A stretch of DNA of 64,000 nucleotides from an uncultured Phycisphaerales bacterium (GCA_963755915.1 CAVWLP010000002.1:2656001-2720000), one strand, 5' to 3'. Shown: positions 19,391 through 30,459, numbered from the stretch's first letter. Numbers and translations are program-made. Notes: generated from the letters alone by a model not told the origin.

Positions 19391-21319
19391 TTAGGGAGTG
19401 ATGGGCTCGACGGCGCGGAGGACTTGCCAGTGTTCCGCGACTGCTGGGCCGATGTTTATTGCGGGGGCTTCGGGCATCTGGCAATAGATGCAGGCTTGGC
19501 CGGATTTTATGAGGGCGTCGATGCGGGCGGCGCGGTCGGGGGAAATGTCGCCGACGTTGGTGGGCAACCCATCCGGGGCGATTGGGTCGGTGGATAGGGG
19601 CTGATCGATGTCGAGGGTTTGTCCCGCGGTGATTTGGATGGTGGGGATGTGAACATTACCGGCGGCGGTGGCGATTTGGATATCTCCCAGGAGGGTCGGC
19701 GAGAGGTTTGTGATTGAGCCGACGAGATGCGGGCCGGAATTTTCTGACTGAAGCTGGAGCGTGGTTTTGAGTAGGGGAGGGCCGAGGTTGGCGGATTCGC
19801 CGTGCCAGGCCTGGGCTTCGGAGCCGGTGAGATCGACGAATTCGGGGCGGCAGCCAGCGCGGTCTTCGCGGCACTGGGCGTCGACGAAACGGTCGGGGCG
19901 ATAGGTGCGGGCGGCCTGGTTGGCGGGTTCCCACCACTCGCTCGGGTCCAGCGAAAGATTCACGCGCATGGGGTCGTCGGAATTAAGGGCGATGATGTCG
20001 GACGCGGCGACGGTGGAATCGCCTATCTGGTCGATCAGACGGAAGGTTGAAACTGTCGCCGAGGGATGGACGGCACGTGCGGCGATGCAGAATCCGATGC
20101 TGAGGAGTAGTCCGATCCATCCGGTGAGGGTGAGGGCGTTTCGCGGGTGCTGGCCGAGGCGCATCAGGAGGATGGAATCGACGGGGCCGAGGAGGAAAAA
20201 GATTCCGGCGAGGAGGAGTAGCTCGCCGGTGCGGTCGGGGCGCGGGCTTGAGCCGGTTGCGCCGAGGAGGTTGAGGAGGGGCAGGATGGCCCGGGATTCG
20301 CGTGCGCCGCGTCCGACGCTTTCGGCGGCGTTGGGGCCGGCGACGAGGTTTTGGTCTTCTTCGGCAACCCGCAATTCTGAGGGTTGGCCGATGCCTGGGA
20401 CTTTCACCATGGGGCTGAGGATTGATTTCCAGAGGGCGTTGACGGAGGCGTCATCCGAGAGAGGCAGCGGGGCGATATCGACGGGAAGAACGGTGATTTT
20501 GCCGAGGCCGATGTTCGCGAAATAGCCAACCTGGTCGAGTACGTGAAGTTCGCTGGCGTTGCCGCGCGGGGTAAGCTGGCGGGCGTTGAGATGGGAATCT
20601 CCCACGGTTTGATTGATGCCGATCGTGCAGGGGAGGGCGTCGATGAGCGGGCTCTTTGGGGGCAGGGGGGTGGGGCCGGGGATGAGGACGAGATTTCCGC
20701 CGCGATGGATCCACTCGGTGATCGCCTGGTCCTGGTCGGCGGTGGTTTGGGTGAGGTCGGGGGCGGCGAGGAGGAGGACGGAAAGGCCGTCGTAGCCGGC
20801 GAAGTTTGCGGGGAGTTTTAGAGAGTCGAGCACTCCGGCGGGTATTTGGGCGCGATCCAGTTGGGCCTGGAGACGGAGGCTGTCGTCGACGTTTCCGCTG
20901 ATGCCAATCAGGAGGTCGCCGGGGGCGAGGAGACGCATTGGAGTTTGGCCGGCGGGGGTGAAATTGGAATTGGTTTGGAGGGGCTGGTAGCCGAGGGTTT
21001 TGCCGGTTTGGAGGTCGGAGACGATGACTTCGATGCGGGAGGGCTGGGCGTTGATGGGGAAGAGGAGGGCAAAGGTGGTGGGGCGGGGGGAGGCGGGGGC
21101 GGTTTGGTGGAGCGACATGGCGAGGGTTTTTTCGCCGTAGGAGCCGTGGATCTGGAGATCGACGGCGCGGGTTTGGGGGTCTTCGATGGTGACGAAGATT
21201 GGTTCCCAGCGGCCGAGGCGCATGGCGTTGCCCCAGCCGACGGTGACGTTGCGGATTTCTTGGGCGAAGGAGGGGGTGAAACTCAGAAGCAGGATCAGGG
21301 GTGTGAGGAGGGATTTCAC
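19391..21319 (-). CDS. Hypothetical exported/membrane protein with GATase-like central domain
   Basis: Signal peptide, GYDGL..LLL, WIHRGGNLV, GLGKI, two TM helices (LLGPVD). Confidence 0.65.
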   Translation of the reverse strand: MKSLLTPLILLLSFTPSFAQEIRNVTVGWGNAMRLGRWEPIFVTIEDPQTRAVDLQIHGSYGEKTLAMSLHQTAPASPRPTTFALLFPINAQPSRIEVIVSDLQTGKTLGYQPLQTNSNFTPAGQTPMRLLAPGDLLIGISGNVDDSLRLQAQLDRAQIPAGVLDSLKLPANFAGYDGLSVLLLAAPDLTQTTADQDQAITEWIHRGGNLVLIPGPTPLPPKSPLIDALPCTIGINQTVGDSHLNARQLTPRGNASELHVLDQVGYFANIGLGKITVLPVDIAPLPLSDDASVNALWKSILSPMVKVPGIGQPSELRVAEEDQNLVAGPNAAESVGRGARESRAILPLLNLLGATGSSPRPDRTGELLLLAGIFFLLGPVDSILLMRLGQHPRNALTLTGWIGLLLSIGFCIAARAVHPSATVSTFRLIDQIGDSTVAASDIIALNSDDPMRVNLSLDPSEWWEPANQAARTYRPDRFVDAQCREDRAGCRPEFVDLTGSEAQAWHGESANLGPPLLKTTLQLQSENSGPHLVGSITNLSPTLLGDIQIATAAGNVHIPTIQITAGQTLDIDQPLSTDPIAPDGLPTNVGDISPDRAARIDALIKSGQACIYCQMPEAPAINIGPAVAEHWQVLRAVEPITP

Positions 21320-21391
21320 GTTTGCGATTGTCGCGCGCGGGGGAGGGCATTGCCAGACGCTTTTGGCGTCGCAATATCGCGTGATTAGACT

Positions 21392-22165
21392 ATGGGGATG
21401 CCCATCCCGTTACATGAGGATCCGCCGATTCCACCGGAGCTGAAGAGGATGCCACCGAGGGAGGTTCGGCTGAAGCAGGATGCGCTTTCGGGGAATGTGT
21501 TCAAGGTTCTGGTGTTCGTGGTCATGGGATTGTTTGCGATCGGGGGAATTTTGTTCGGGGTTTGCGAGATGGCGTTTATCGCGAGTGCGCCGATTGTGCC
21601 TGGGCATGTGATTGATATGGCGACGCGAGAAGGGAGCAAGGGCGGGAGGACGTACCTGGTGACGTATGAGTTCAGCGATTCGGGGAGCATTTATACGAAT
21701 ACGCAGACGGTGAGCGAGACGTATTACCATGATCTTTACGATGGGGCCGGGGTGCCGGTTAATACGATGGTGATCGCGTCGCATCGATTCGAGAAGATTC
21801 ACGTTTCGTGGGGGGAATATTTCAAGGAGTCGCCGGTGTGGTTTGTCGCGGTTTTTTTTGGGGCAATGATGTTGTTGCTGTGGAGGCGGAGGCGGGTCGT
21901 GCTGTATGGCGTTGTGCGGGATGGGGAGGCGACGATTGGGATCATTGAGAGTAAAAAGACTTATCGTACGCGCAACGGGAGAACTTATTATGTGAAGTAT
22001 CAGTATACGGATTCGCAGAAGTGTTTGAGGACGGGGAAGCGGATGAACGTGAAGCAGGTGGATTATGAGGAGCTGCAGCAGGGGGATCGGGTGGTGGTGC
22101 TGTTTGATCCGATGAAACAGGGGCGGAGTTTGATCTACAAGTGTGGCCCGTATGAGGCGGTGTGA
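21392..22165 (+). CDS. Membrane protein with two DUF3592-like segments
   Basis: TM + G.V..Y.V.Y.F repeated twice; GDRVVVLFDP. Confidence 0.6.
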   Translation: MGMPIPLHEDPPIPPELKRMPPREVRLKQDALSGNVFKVLVFVVMGLFAIGGILFGVCEMAFIASAPIVPGHVIDMATREGSKGGRTYLVTYEFSDSGSIYTNTQTVSETYYHDLYDGAGVPVNTMVIASHRFEKIHVSWGEYFKESPVWFVAVFFGAMMLLLWRRRRVVLYGVVRDGEATIGIIESKKTYRTRNGRTYYVKYQYTDSQKCLRTGKRMNVKQVDYEELQQGDRVVVLFDPMKQGRSLIYKCGPYEAV

Positions 22166-22173
22166 TAAAACAA

Positions 22174-22280
22174 GCGCCTCGCAAGCGAGGCGGCTACACG
22201 GCCCTCACCCCAACTCCCGACAAGTCGGGACTTCGCTTCGCTCAGCCTCTGATCTCCCGGGGTACCGGGAGAGGGAGTAA
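22174..22280. repeat. Mosaic of REP-like palindromes between convergent genes
   Basis: GCGCCTCGCAAGCGAGGCGGCTACACG (related copies at 33034 and 63929), TCCCGACAAGTCGGGA, CTCCCGG..CCGGGAG. Confidence 0.7.
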
Positions 22281-22305
22281 GAGAGGGGGAATATCTTTTG
22301 ATAGT

Positions 22306-24051
22306 TTACGCGAGGGTACCGAGTTCCATCTCGTGCAATCCTTTGCCGCTGGGGACCATGGGGTAGACGTGCTCGTTGGGTTCGACGAGGAAGTCGACGA
22401 CCACCGGGCCTTTGTGGTCCAGCATTTCTTTGACGGCTTTGGGGACATCGGATTTGTGGTCGCAGCGGATTCCGCGGACGCCGCAGGCTTCGGCCAGCTT
22501 GGAGAAGTTGGGGTTTTTCATGGCGGACTGGCTGTAGCGTTTTTCGTAGAAGAGGTCCTGCCACTGCTTGATCATGCCCTGGAACTCGTTGTTGAGGATG
22601 GCGACTTTCACCGGGATGTTGTATTCGGCGGCGGTGACGAGTTCGTACATGGTCATGAGGAAGCTGGCGTCGCCGTCGATGTCGATGACGATTTTGCCTG
22701 GGCTGCCGAGCTGGGCGCCGATGGCGCTGGGGAGTCCGTAGCCCATGGTGCCGAGTCCGCCACTGGTGATCATCTGGCGGGGGAAGCGCCAGCGGTAGAA
22801 CTGGGCGGCCCACATCTGATGCTGGCCGACGCCGGTGGTAATGATGGCTTCGCCGTTGGTCTGGCGGTTGATTTCTTCGATAACGTACTGGGGTTTGGCC
22901 ATCTTGGAGTCGTCAAGATAGTGGAACGGATATTTTTGCCGCCAGGCGTTGATCTGGGCCCACCAGGCGGTGCGATCGCGATGCTCGATGAGGGGGAGCA
23001 TGGCTTCGAGGGAGGTTTTAGCGTCGCCGACGACGGGGACATCGACGTCGACGGTTTTGCTGATGCTGCTGGGGTCGATGTCGATGTGGATGATTTTTGC
23101 GTGGGGGGCGAAGGAGGCGAGGTTGCCGGTGACCCGGTCGTCGAAGCGAGCGCCGATGCTGATAAGGCAATCGGAGGCCTGGACGGAATAATTGGCGGCG
23201 GCGGCACCGTGCATGCCGAGCATGAGCATGGCGCGGGGGTCCATTTCGTCGAAGGCGCCCAGACCAAGGAGGGTCGTGGTGCAGGGGATGTTTGCTTTTT
23301 CGGCGAGCTTGCGGACGGCGGCGGAAGCGCCGCTGATGATGGCGCCGCCACCGACGTAGAGGATGGGCTTTTCGCTGCGGTTGATCAATTCGGCGGCTTC
23401 CTGGACCTGGCGCTCGTGGGCGGCCATGTAGTTGGTCTTGCGTTTTTGGATGTGGGGGCGCGGGGTGTCGTCGACTTCGCGGGTGCAGAGGTTGGTGGAG
23501 ACGTCTTTGGGGATGTCGACGAGGACGGGGCCGGGGCGTCCGGTGGTGGCGATGAGGAAGGCTTCGTTGATGATGCGGGGGAGTTCGTGGACGTCCTTGA
23601 TGAGGTAATTCCACTTGGTACAGGGACGTGAGATGCCGGTGACGTCGGCTTCCTGGAAGGCGTCGTTGCCGATGAATTTGGTGGCGACTTGGCCGCTGAA
23701 GACGAGGATGGGGACGGAGTCGAGCTGGGCGGTGGCGAGTGGGGTGATGGTGTTGGTGGCGCCGGGGCCGGAGGTGACGACGCAGACACCGGGTTTGCCG
23801 GTGGCGCGGGCGTAGCCGTCGGCGCAGTGACCGGAGCCTTGTTCGTGGCGGTTCAGGATGAATTTGGCGCTGGTCTTATAAAGCTGGTCGAAGACGGGGA
23901 GGATGGCTCCGCCGGGGTAGCCGAACATGACTTCGACTTTGTGAGCGCCGACGAGCATCTCGTGGAAGATCTGGGCGCCGGACTTGCCCTGGTATTTGGG
24001 CTTGGAGGGGGTGGTTGTATTGGTCTGAACTTCGGATTGAACTGTGGCCAT
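22306..24051 (-). CDS. ilvB: Acetolactate synthase large subunit, biosynthetic
   Basis: [52 protein letters not shown]. Confidence 0.96.
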   Translation of the reverse strand: MATVQSEVQTNTTTPSKPKYQGKSGAQIFHEMLVGAHKVEVMFGYPGGAILPVFDQLYKTSAKFILNRHEQGSGHCADGYARATGKPGVCVVTSGPGATNTITPLATAQLDSVPILVFSGQVATKFIGNDAFQEADVTGISRPCTKWNYLIKDVHELPRIINEAFLIATTGRPGPVLVDIPKDVSTNLCTREVDDTPRPHIQKRKTNYMAAHERQVQEAAELINRSEKPILYVGGGAIISGASAAVRKLAEKANIPCTTTLLGLGAFDEMDPRAMLMLGMHGAAAANYSVQASDCLISIGARFDDRVTGNLASFAPHAKIIHIDIDPSSISKTVDVDVPVVGDAKTSLEAMLPLIEHRDRTAWWAQINAWRQKYPFHYLDDSKMAKPQYVIEEINRQTNGEAIITTGVGQHQMWAAQFYRWRFPRQMITSGGLGTMGYGLPSAIGAQLGSPGKIVIDIDGDASFLMTMYELVTAAEYNIPVKVAILNNEFQGMIKQWQDLFYEKRYSQSAMKNPNFSKLAEACGVRGIRCDHKSDVPKAVKEMLDHKGPVVVDFLVEPNEHVYPMVPSGKGLHEMELGTLA

Positions 24052-24148
24052 TGGAGTTTCCAAAAAGTTATAACTATTTTAAAATCAGGGAGTTAAGCTC
24101 TGAGGTGGGCCGGTTCGCGGCAGGAATTTGAGGTCCCAGGCCGCCGGC

Positions 24149-24202
24149 CTATCGTACGACGACCGTAAGCTGCTGACCGAGAACCTGGGTGCGAACCGCC
24201 AT
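24149..24202 (-). promoter_or_regulatory. Putative ilv leader peptide MAVRTQVLGQQLTVVVR
   Basis: 17 codons with 5 Val and 2 Leu, ending LTVVVR, about 100 bp upstream of ilvB. Confidence 0.7.
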
Positions 24203-24497
24203 TGTGGTTTGAATCCTACGATGTTGGAGGGTTATCGTCAATTCAAAAGATTTTGGTTAGCGACGTGCTGCGCGAGGGGGAATGTCCGAAAATGTCCGAA
24301 AGTGTCCGGGATTTGACGATGGAATTTCTTCCTAGGGTGCGATTGAAACGGCGGGGGTGGGTCGGGAGCATGGGTTAAAAACGTGTGCATCTACATATAG
24401 GTCCAAAGGGTGTACGTTTTGGACCTATTTTTGAGAAATCGGGGAATTTTTTGGGGTTGGATTGTTGAGAATGCAAAGAATCTGACAAAGCCGAGAG

Positions 24498-25347
24498 TCA
24501 ATGTGATCGGGGGGCGAGTTGGAAGGGGTCGGCGCGGAGGCCGGTGTTGCGGATGGAATCGGCGAGGGATTGGGCCTCGGGGAGGTCGTCGGCGAGGGTG
24601 AAGAGGGAGCTGCCGCTGCCGCTCATGCGGACGGGGCGGGAGATTTGGGATTCGATTTTCGCGGAGTTCGGCGAGGTCGGGGTGGAGGGCGAAGGCGGAG
24701 GGTTCGAGATCATTAATTAGTTTGGGGAGTAATTCTTTGGCGGGGAGGTTGGTCCACGCGTTCCAATCGCGGTGATTTTGGACGTCGGCGGTTGAGCCGA
24801 GTTTCAGGTCGTCGAATTTTTTGTAGACGGCGGGGGTGGGCATTGAAAGGTGGGGGAGGATGAGGATGACGAATTTTGGTTTGGGGAGGGAGATGGGAGT
24901 GACGCGCTCGCCGCGGCCTTGGCAGATGCTGCTGGGGCCGTGGAGGAAGAAGACGATGTCGCTGCCGAGGTTGGCGGCGATCTGGGCGAGGTCGTTTGTG
25001 GATTTCCGGAGGCGCCAGAGTTCGTTTAGCGCGAGAAGGGTAGACGCGGCGTTGGAGCTTCCGCCGCCGAGGCCGCCGCCGATGGGGATATTTTTTTGGA
25101 GGATTGCGTCGGCGCCGAGATGGGGGGCGAGCATTTTTGCTGCGCGGGCGATTAGGTTGGTTTCGTCGAGGGGAATGTCGGGAAGGTCGCAGGTTAATTT
25201 CACACCGGGGGTGCTCGAATTACGAAATTCGATTTCGTCGTGCAGGCCGAGGGTACACATCCAGCTTAGGAGTGGATGGAATCCGTCGGCAGCGGGCGGG
25301 GCGACGCGTAGATGGAGGTTGATTTTGGCTGGGGAGAGAATCTTCAC
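24498..25347 (-). CDS. ispE: 4-diphosphocytidyl-2-C-methyl-D-erythritol kinase (frameshift near 24660)
   Basis: PAKINLHL, KNIPIGGGLGGGSSNAA, LGSDIVFF, NDLE, MSGSGSSLF. Confidence 0.93.
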
Positions 25348-25370
25348 AATCAATTTCCAAGAAATACGTG

Positions 25371-25456
25371 GAACCACGGATTTCACGGATTTCGCGGATA
25401 AGAAAATGCAGTTTTGGTTTTTCTCTTATCCGTGTGATCCGTGTAATCCGCGGTTC
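25371..25456. repeat. Inverted array of 9-mer repeats
   Basis: GAACCACGGATTTCACGGATTTCGCGGATAAGA ... TCTTATCCGTGTGATCCGTGTAATCCGCGGTTC. Confidence 0.8.
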
Positions 25457-25461
25457 TATTT

Positions 25462-25938
25462 TTATTTTCCGTCGCGGAAGAGGCCTTGTTCGCAGCTTAA
25501 TACGAAATGCTCGGCGCAGGCTTTTAGGTCTTCCCATTTCTGGCGGATGCGGTCGGCCTCGGCGGAGTCTACGTTGTGGGCGTCCTGCTGGGATGCGGTG
25601 ACGGCGTCGAGAAGCTCGCTGAAGTCGCGGACCATCTCGCGGGTTTCGTCGAAGATGGTTTCGTCGGCGCTCTTGCGGAGGTTGGGGACGGGGTTGGAGG
25701 CGAAGAATCCGCCGGCCTCGTTGCAGAGCCAGCGGATGAGGTGGACGTCTTTGGTGAGTTGGTAGAGCTCGCGGACGCGGTCCAGCGGGTTTTTGGCGCC
25801 GGAGGCTTCGGGGTCGGCGTGCTCGGCGGGGGGCTCGCACCATTTGTATACCAGGGCGGCAGAGACTTTGAGGCCGGCGGCGACGGCTTTGACGCCGAGA
25901 TCGTCGACGGCGTTGCGGATGACTTCGTAGGATTTCAT
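25462..25938 (-). CDS. HTH protein, phage regulatory CII-like family
   Basis: GVKAVAAGLKVSAALVYKW HTH; NPLDRV, WLCNEAGGFF; helical C-terminus. Confidence 0.6.
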   Translation of the reverse strand: MKSYEVIRNAVDDLGVKAVAAGLKVSAALVYKWCEPPAEHADPEASGAKNPLDRVRELYQLTKDVHLIRWLCNEAGGFFASNPVPNLRKSADETIFDETREMVRDFSELLDAVTASQQDAHNVDSAEADRIRQKWEDLKACAEHFVLSCEQGLFRDGK

Positions 25939-26050
25939 AAGCCGAATTGTAACAAGGCGCTGTTGGAAAATTCTATGGTCGTCGGGGGGCAATTGGGTTT
26001 GATGATCGGATTGGAAGAATTCCCCACGGCAGCGCCGTGGGCGTTCCGGT

Positions 26051-26386
26051 TCAAATGGTTTTTTCGGTCGGTGGTTTGGAGGGGATGCGAATGGATGAGC
26101 GGTCCTCAAATGTCAGACGGAGGAAATGGTCAGGGTCGGGCTCGATCTCGCACATTCCGGTGGCGATTCGTTTTACGGTTCCGCGATTTGCGGAGATTTC
26201 GCCTTCGTATTCGAGATAGATGCGGCGGTGGTCGGGGATTCGTTCGAATTTTGTGGTGGGGGTGGGGGGCCAATCAGAGCAGCGCACTGACGCGAGTGGT
26301 GAATCGGCATTCAGCTCAAAAAGCAGATCGTAATGGGGGTGGGGGATTCCGGTGTGGTGGAGTACGACGTAGCGCCTGCGCGGCAT
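26051..26386 (-). CDS. Stand-alone LigD phosphoesterase (LigD_N)-like protein
   Basis: YVVLHH..HYDLLFE, DHRRIYLEYEGEIS.NRGTV. Confidence 0.7.
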   Translation of the reverse strand: MPRRRYVVLHHTGIPHPHYDLLFELNADSPLASVRCSDWPPTPTTKFERIPDHRRIYLEYEGEISANRGTVKRIATGMCEIEPDPDHFLRLTFEDRSSIRIPSKPPTEKTI

Positions 26387-26391
26387 AAATA

Positions 26392-27466
26392 TTACCTGGC
26401 GGGGGCGGGGATGGGGGCGGGCTCGTAGGTGCTGCGGACGGAGCCGGACGGCGATGTGCTGCTTTTGAGGTCGCAAGGGTGGGCGTCGGGGCCGAGGTTC
26501 CAGTCGCGGGCGTAATCTTCGGCGAGTTGGCGCATTTCGGATTGGGATAAATCCGGCTTGTCGACGGATTCGGCGGCTTCGCGGACTTCTTCTTCGTTGA
26601 GGAGGGTGCCGGTGATGCTGGTGAGGGCGGGGTCCATGAGGAGCCATTTGCAGGCGAGCTGGTGGACGTTCATGCCGTGATCGGAGGCGAAAGTGGCGGA
26701 TGAGTTCGAGCTTTTTCAGGCCATAGATTTTCCAGGCCTGGTCGCGGAATTTGCGGTGGTCGTTTTGGGAGATTTCGGTGTCGAGGCGGACCTTGTCTTT
26801 GAGGATGCTGCTGTTGTCGTGGACGCGGGCGAGGACGCCGGCGTGGGTGGAGTGGGCGACTTCGCAGAATTCGCGGCCGGGGTTTTGCTCGAAGAGGTTG
26901 TAGACGGTTTGGACGGCCTTGGCGTTGTGGTCGAGCATGGCCTGGATGCCCTCTTCGCGCCAGCCGATGGCTGGGCCGAGGGAGACGCCCCAGACGCGGA
27001 TTTTTCCTTCGGATTTGATTTTTTCCAGCTCGGCGAAGAGATCGTCGCGGAATTGGGGGAGCTTGATGTTGTGAGCCATGTAGAGGTCAATGGTTTCTAC
27101 GCCGAGGCGCTCCAGGGATTTTTCGAGGGCGAAGCGTAGGAACTTTGGGGAGAAGTCTTGTTTGCGTTCTTTGTGGGAGCCGGGCTCGCCGGGGTCGGAG
27201 TAGAAGTCGTAGCCGAATTTTCCGCCGATCTCGATTTTTTCGCGGGGGAGGGTTTTGAGGAATTGGCCGAGGAGTGATTCGGCGCGGCCGTTGCCGTAGG
27301 CGTCGCCGGAATCGAAGAAGGTGATGCCCTGGTCGTGGGCGAAGTGCATGAGATGGAGGGCCTGGTCGTCGGTGTAATGGCCCCACCAGTCGACGCCGAA
27401 GGGCCAGCAGCCGAGGCTGATGGCGGAGACTTCGAGGTCGGTGTCGCCGAATTTGCGTCGTTGCAT
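26392..27466 (-). CDS. Aldo/keto reductase (frameshift near 26690)
   Basis: VSAISLGCW, GITFFDSGDAYGNGRAE, SLERLGVETIDLY..H, GKIRVWGVS, QTVYNL. Confidence 0.9.
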
Positions 27467-27520
27467 GATGTCTATGATCATATTTGTTGGATTGGGATTT
27501 GCTACTGAGAAAGGAAGAAT

Positions 27521-27574
27521 ATCTCACGCAGAGGCGCAGAGAAGAAAGCTTTATGCTCTGCGCCTCTGCGTGAG
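27521..27574. repeat. Palindromic repeat CTCACGCAGAGGCGCAGAG...CTCTGCGCCTCTGCGTGAG
   Basis: Long inverted repeat; related copies at 56211-56320 and 63697-63802. Confidence 0.8.
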
Positions 27575-27584
27575 GTTTTTTTAG

Positions 27585-28313
27585 ATGTTGTCACGCTGCA
27601 AAATACCTGGGCTGTTTGTGACGGGGACGGATACCGGCGTGGGGAAGACGCTCGTTGCCGGGGCGATTGCGGATTGGGGGAGGCGGCGGAAGTTGCGGGT
27701 GGCGGTTTGTAAGCCGGTGGCGACGGGGTGCGAGCGGCGGCGGGAGGGGCTGGTGAGCGAGGATGCGGAATTTTTGGCGCATCATGCGGATGCGCGGTTT
27801 CCGCTGGATACGATTTGCCCACAGCGGTTTGCCGAGGCGCTGGCGCCGGCTGTGGCGGCGGAGAGGGCGAAAACGTCGATCGAGTGGAATGCGATCGATG
27901 CGGTGATTCAGATGATGTCTCGGGAGAGTGATTTTCTGATCGTGGAGGGGGTGGGGGGGGTGATGGTGCCGATGGATCGGAATTCGACGGTGCTGGATAT
28001 GATGGGGTGGTTGGGGTTGCCGGCGGTTGTGGTTGCCCGCGCGGGGCTGGGGACGATTAATCATACGCTGCTCACTGTGGAGGCGCTGCGGTGGGTGAAG
28101 GTTCGGGTGGCGGGGGTGGTGATTAACGGGTATCCGCCGGAGACGCCGGGACCTGTCGAGGAGACGAATCCGCGGGCGATCGAGAAGTGGGGGAGGGTGC
28201 CGGTGCTTTGTCTGGTGCCGAAATTTTCGGGGAAGGCGATTCCGAAATTGCCGGAGGACGTGGTGGCGGCGGTGGAGCCGGTGGATTGGCTGGAGAAGGG
28301 GCGGGGGGGGTGA
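27585..28313 (+). CDS. bioD: Dethiobiotin synthase
   Basis: FVTGTDTGVGKT, KPVATG, VEGVGG, LGTINHTLLT. Confidence 0.95.
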   Translation: MLSRCKIPGLFVTGTDTGVGKTLVAGAIADWGRRRKLRVAVCKPVATGCERRREGLVSEDAEFLAHHADARFPLDTICPQRFAEALAPAVAAERAKTSIEWNAIDAVIQMMSRESDFLIVEGVGGVMVPMDRNSTVLDMMGWLGLPAVVVARAGLGTINHTLLTVEALRWVKVRVAGVVINGYPPETPGPVEETNPRAIEKWGRVPVLCLVPKFSGKAIPKLPEDVVAAVEPVDWLEKGRGG

Positions 28314-28899
28314 ATAATCTTTTGGTGGTGCTGGATCGGGAAATTGTTGGCTACATCATCGAGGGGCTGTGGTGCATCTGGCTGGCGTATTGGATTTATA
28401 AATCGTTTGGAAACAAACGGACAATTTACTCGCAGGGTCGCGGCACGCGATTGATTTATGTTGGTGTGCTGGCATTTGCGTGGTATGCGGCCGAAAATCA
28501 TGGGCTGATTCCCCGCGTTCGACTCTTCCACGAAAATGTTTTCACACAGGTGGGAGGCATCCTGATTTGTGCGGCGGGGATTGCGCTGGCGATCTGGCGC
28601 GGGTGATTCTGGGGACCAACTGGAGCGGAATTGTTACTCTCAAGGAGAATCACGAGCTGATCCAGAGCGGGCCGTATCGGTTCGTCCGCCATCCGATTTA
28701 TTCGGGGATTCTGCTGGGGATTTTCGGAAGCATCTTTGCGCTGAATCCGTTTTCGGGGGGCCTTGTGGTGATGGCGGTCGCGATCTTCACGCTGCGCATT
28801 AAGTCGCTGCTGGAGGAGAGGATCATGCTGCGGACGTTTCCGGATCAGTATCCGGGGTATATGAAACGGGTGAGGGCGCTGATTCCATACGTCTGGTGA
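28310..28899 (+). CDS. Isoprenylcysteine carboxyl methyltransferase family membrane protein (frameshift near 28600)
   Basis: LGTNWS..HELIQSGPYRFVRHPIYSG, EERIM..YPGY..LIP. Confidence 0.85.
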
Positions 28900-28942
28900 G
28901 GCGCGATGGAAATGGGTCCGGCGGTGGCATATAACGCTTTGG

Positions 28943-29722
28943 ATGCCGGGGATTGAGATACTTTTTCTGGGGACGGGGACGTCGGCGGGGATTCCGATGA
29001 TCGGGTGCCATTGCCCGGTTTGTTCGAGCGCGGATCCGCGCGATAAACGGATGCGGCCGTCGGCGTTGATTACGTATGGGCAGACGCGGGTGCTGATCGA
29101 TGCGACGCCGGAACTGCGGTTGCAGTGTGTGAACAATGGCGTCGACATGATCGAGGCGGTGGTTTTTACGCATGCGCATGCGGATCACATTATGGGGCTG
29201 GATGATCTGCGGCGGTTCAATGCGCTGAAGAAGGGGCCGGTGGATGTGTGGGCGGATGAGGCGACGCATGCTGTGCTGACGCGGTGCTTCGGGTATGCGT
29301 TTCAGGAGCCGGAGCCGGAGATGAAAGTTTTTCGGCCGCATTTGGTGAGGAGGATGATTGAGGGGGCGTTTGAGATCGGGGGGAAGGTTTGGACGCCGAT
29401 TCCGATGATGCATGGGGATATGCCGGTGCTGGGGTTTCGGGTCGGGAACCTGGCGTATTGCACGGATGTGAATTTTATTCCGGAGGCTTCGTTCGATTTG
29501 CTTAAGGGTGTGGATGTGCTGGTGCTGGATGCGCTGCAGTATAAGCGGCATACGACGCATTTTTCGGTGGAGGAGTCGGTGGAGGTGTCGAGGAGAATCG
29601 GGGCGCGGCGGACGTTTTTTACGCATATCGCGCATGCGCTGGGGCATGAGGCAACGAATGCATCGCTGCCGGTAAATATCCGCCTGGCGCACGATGGCTT
29701 GAGGGTGGAAGCGGGAGAATAG
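28943..29722 (+). CDS. MBL-fold metallo-hydrolase, PhnP-like
   Basis: LGTGTSAGIP..C.CPVC, THAHADH, AYCTD, THIAH. Confidence 0.9.
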   Translation: MPGIEILFLGTGTSAGIPMIGCHCPVCSSADPRDKRMRPSALITYGQTRVLIDATPELRLQCVNNGVDMIEAVVFTHAHADHIMGLDDLRRFNALKKGPVDVWADEATHAVLTRCFGYAFQEPEPEMKVFRPHLVRRMIEGAFEIGGKVWTPIPMMHGDMPVLGFRVGNLAYCTDVNFIPEASFDLLKGVDVLVLDALQYKRHTTHFSVEESVEVSRRIGARRTFFTHIAHALGHEATNASLPVNIRLAHDGLRVEAGE

Positions 29723-29938
29723 GGCCGGAAGAGGTCGGCTGGGGGGGTGGGGAAAGCTGCTTGGGGCTTTTTTGGGACGCCTAGCTATTTATCGCTAAGA
29801 AAACCCTTTGAAAAAAGACTGAAATGGTATTTGAGCGTTCGATTTGGAGGACGATAGGGAAAGCGTTGACGTTGAAGAGGGAATCGCTCAGGGAGAAGTA
29901 TGCGTATAGATTCGAATGCCAGCGGGGTGGGGGAGACG

Positions 29939-30367
29939 ATGGCCGTGGAAGGCGGTTCGCCGAGCGCCATATCTGAAAAACGGGGCGAGCGGAAAGGGCT
30001 GGGAAAGCGGCTGGTGTTTTGCGTTTTGACGGCGCTGCTGGCGTTGCCGGGGATGGCCATTGTTTCCAACGAAAGTATCCGGGGTTTCGCGGAGGCGTCG
30101 CGCTGGGATGACCATACCTACCAGGTGATTGCGTCGATTGACGCATTGACGTCCGAAGTGAACCGCGCGGTGGGGGCGTCGCGCGGTTACGTGATAACGG
30201 GCCAAACGCAGTATTTGGGAGCCTGGAAAGAGGCGACAGATCAGATTGCGCCATCGATACAAATACTGCAGACGCTGACGGCGGACAATACGGTGCACCG
30301 GATCGTGCAACGCCAGGGGGGCAGAGTATGGGCGGAAGGGCGAGTTGACGCGGGAGCGACGTTGTAG
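29939..30367 (+). pseudogene. Internally deleted CHASE3 sensor histidine kinase
   Basis: TM + CHASE3 start (HTYQVI..RGYVITG..LTADN) joined directly to the HATPase tail TVHRIVQRQGGRVWAEGRVDAGAT. Confidence 0.75.
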
Positions 30368-30459
30368 TTTTCGCTGGAGGCGTTTGCGGCGGACGCAAAC
30401 GACGGAAAACAGGAACCGGAACATGCCGAGTTGATCGGCGCAACTCTAGGGAATTAATC

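Noticed and set aside
22162-23631. Long antisense ORFs (also 1364-2149, 58620-60233 and others)
   Set aside because: Shadow frames of real genes in high-GC DNA; no recognisable motifs.
25462-25938. Prophage
   Set aside because: No integrase, structural or replication genes nearby.
26051-27481. 476-aa AKR-LigD_N fusion
   Set aside because: A frameshift near 26690 causes it; the AKR C-terminus is in another frame and ends at 26392.
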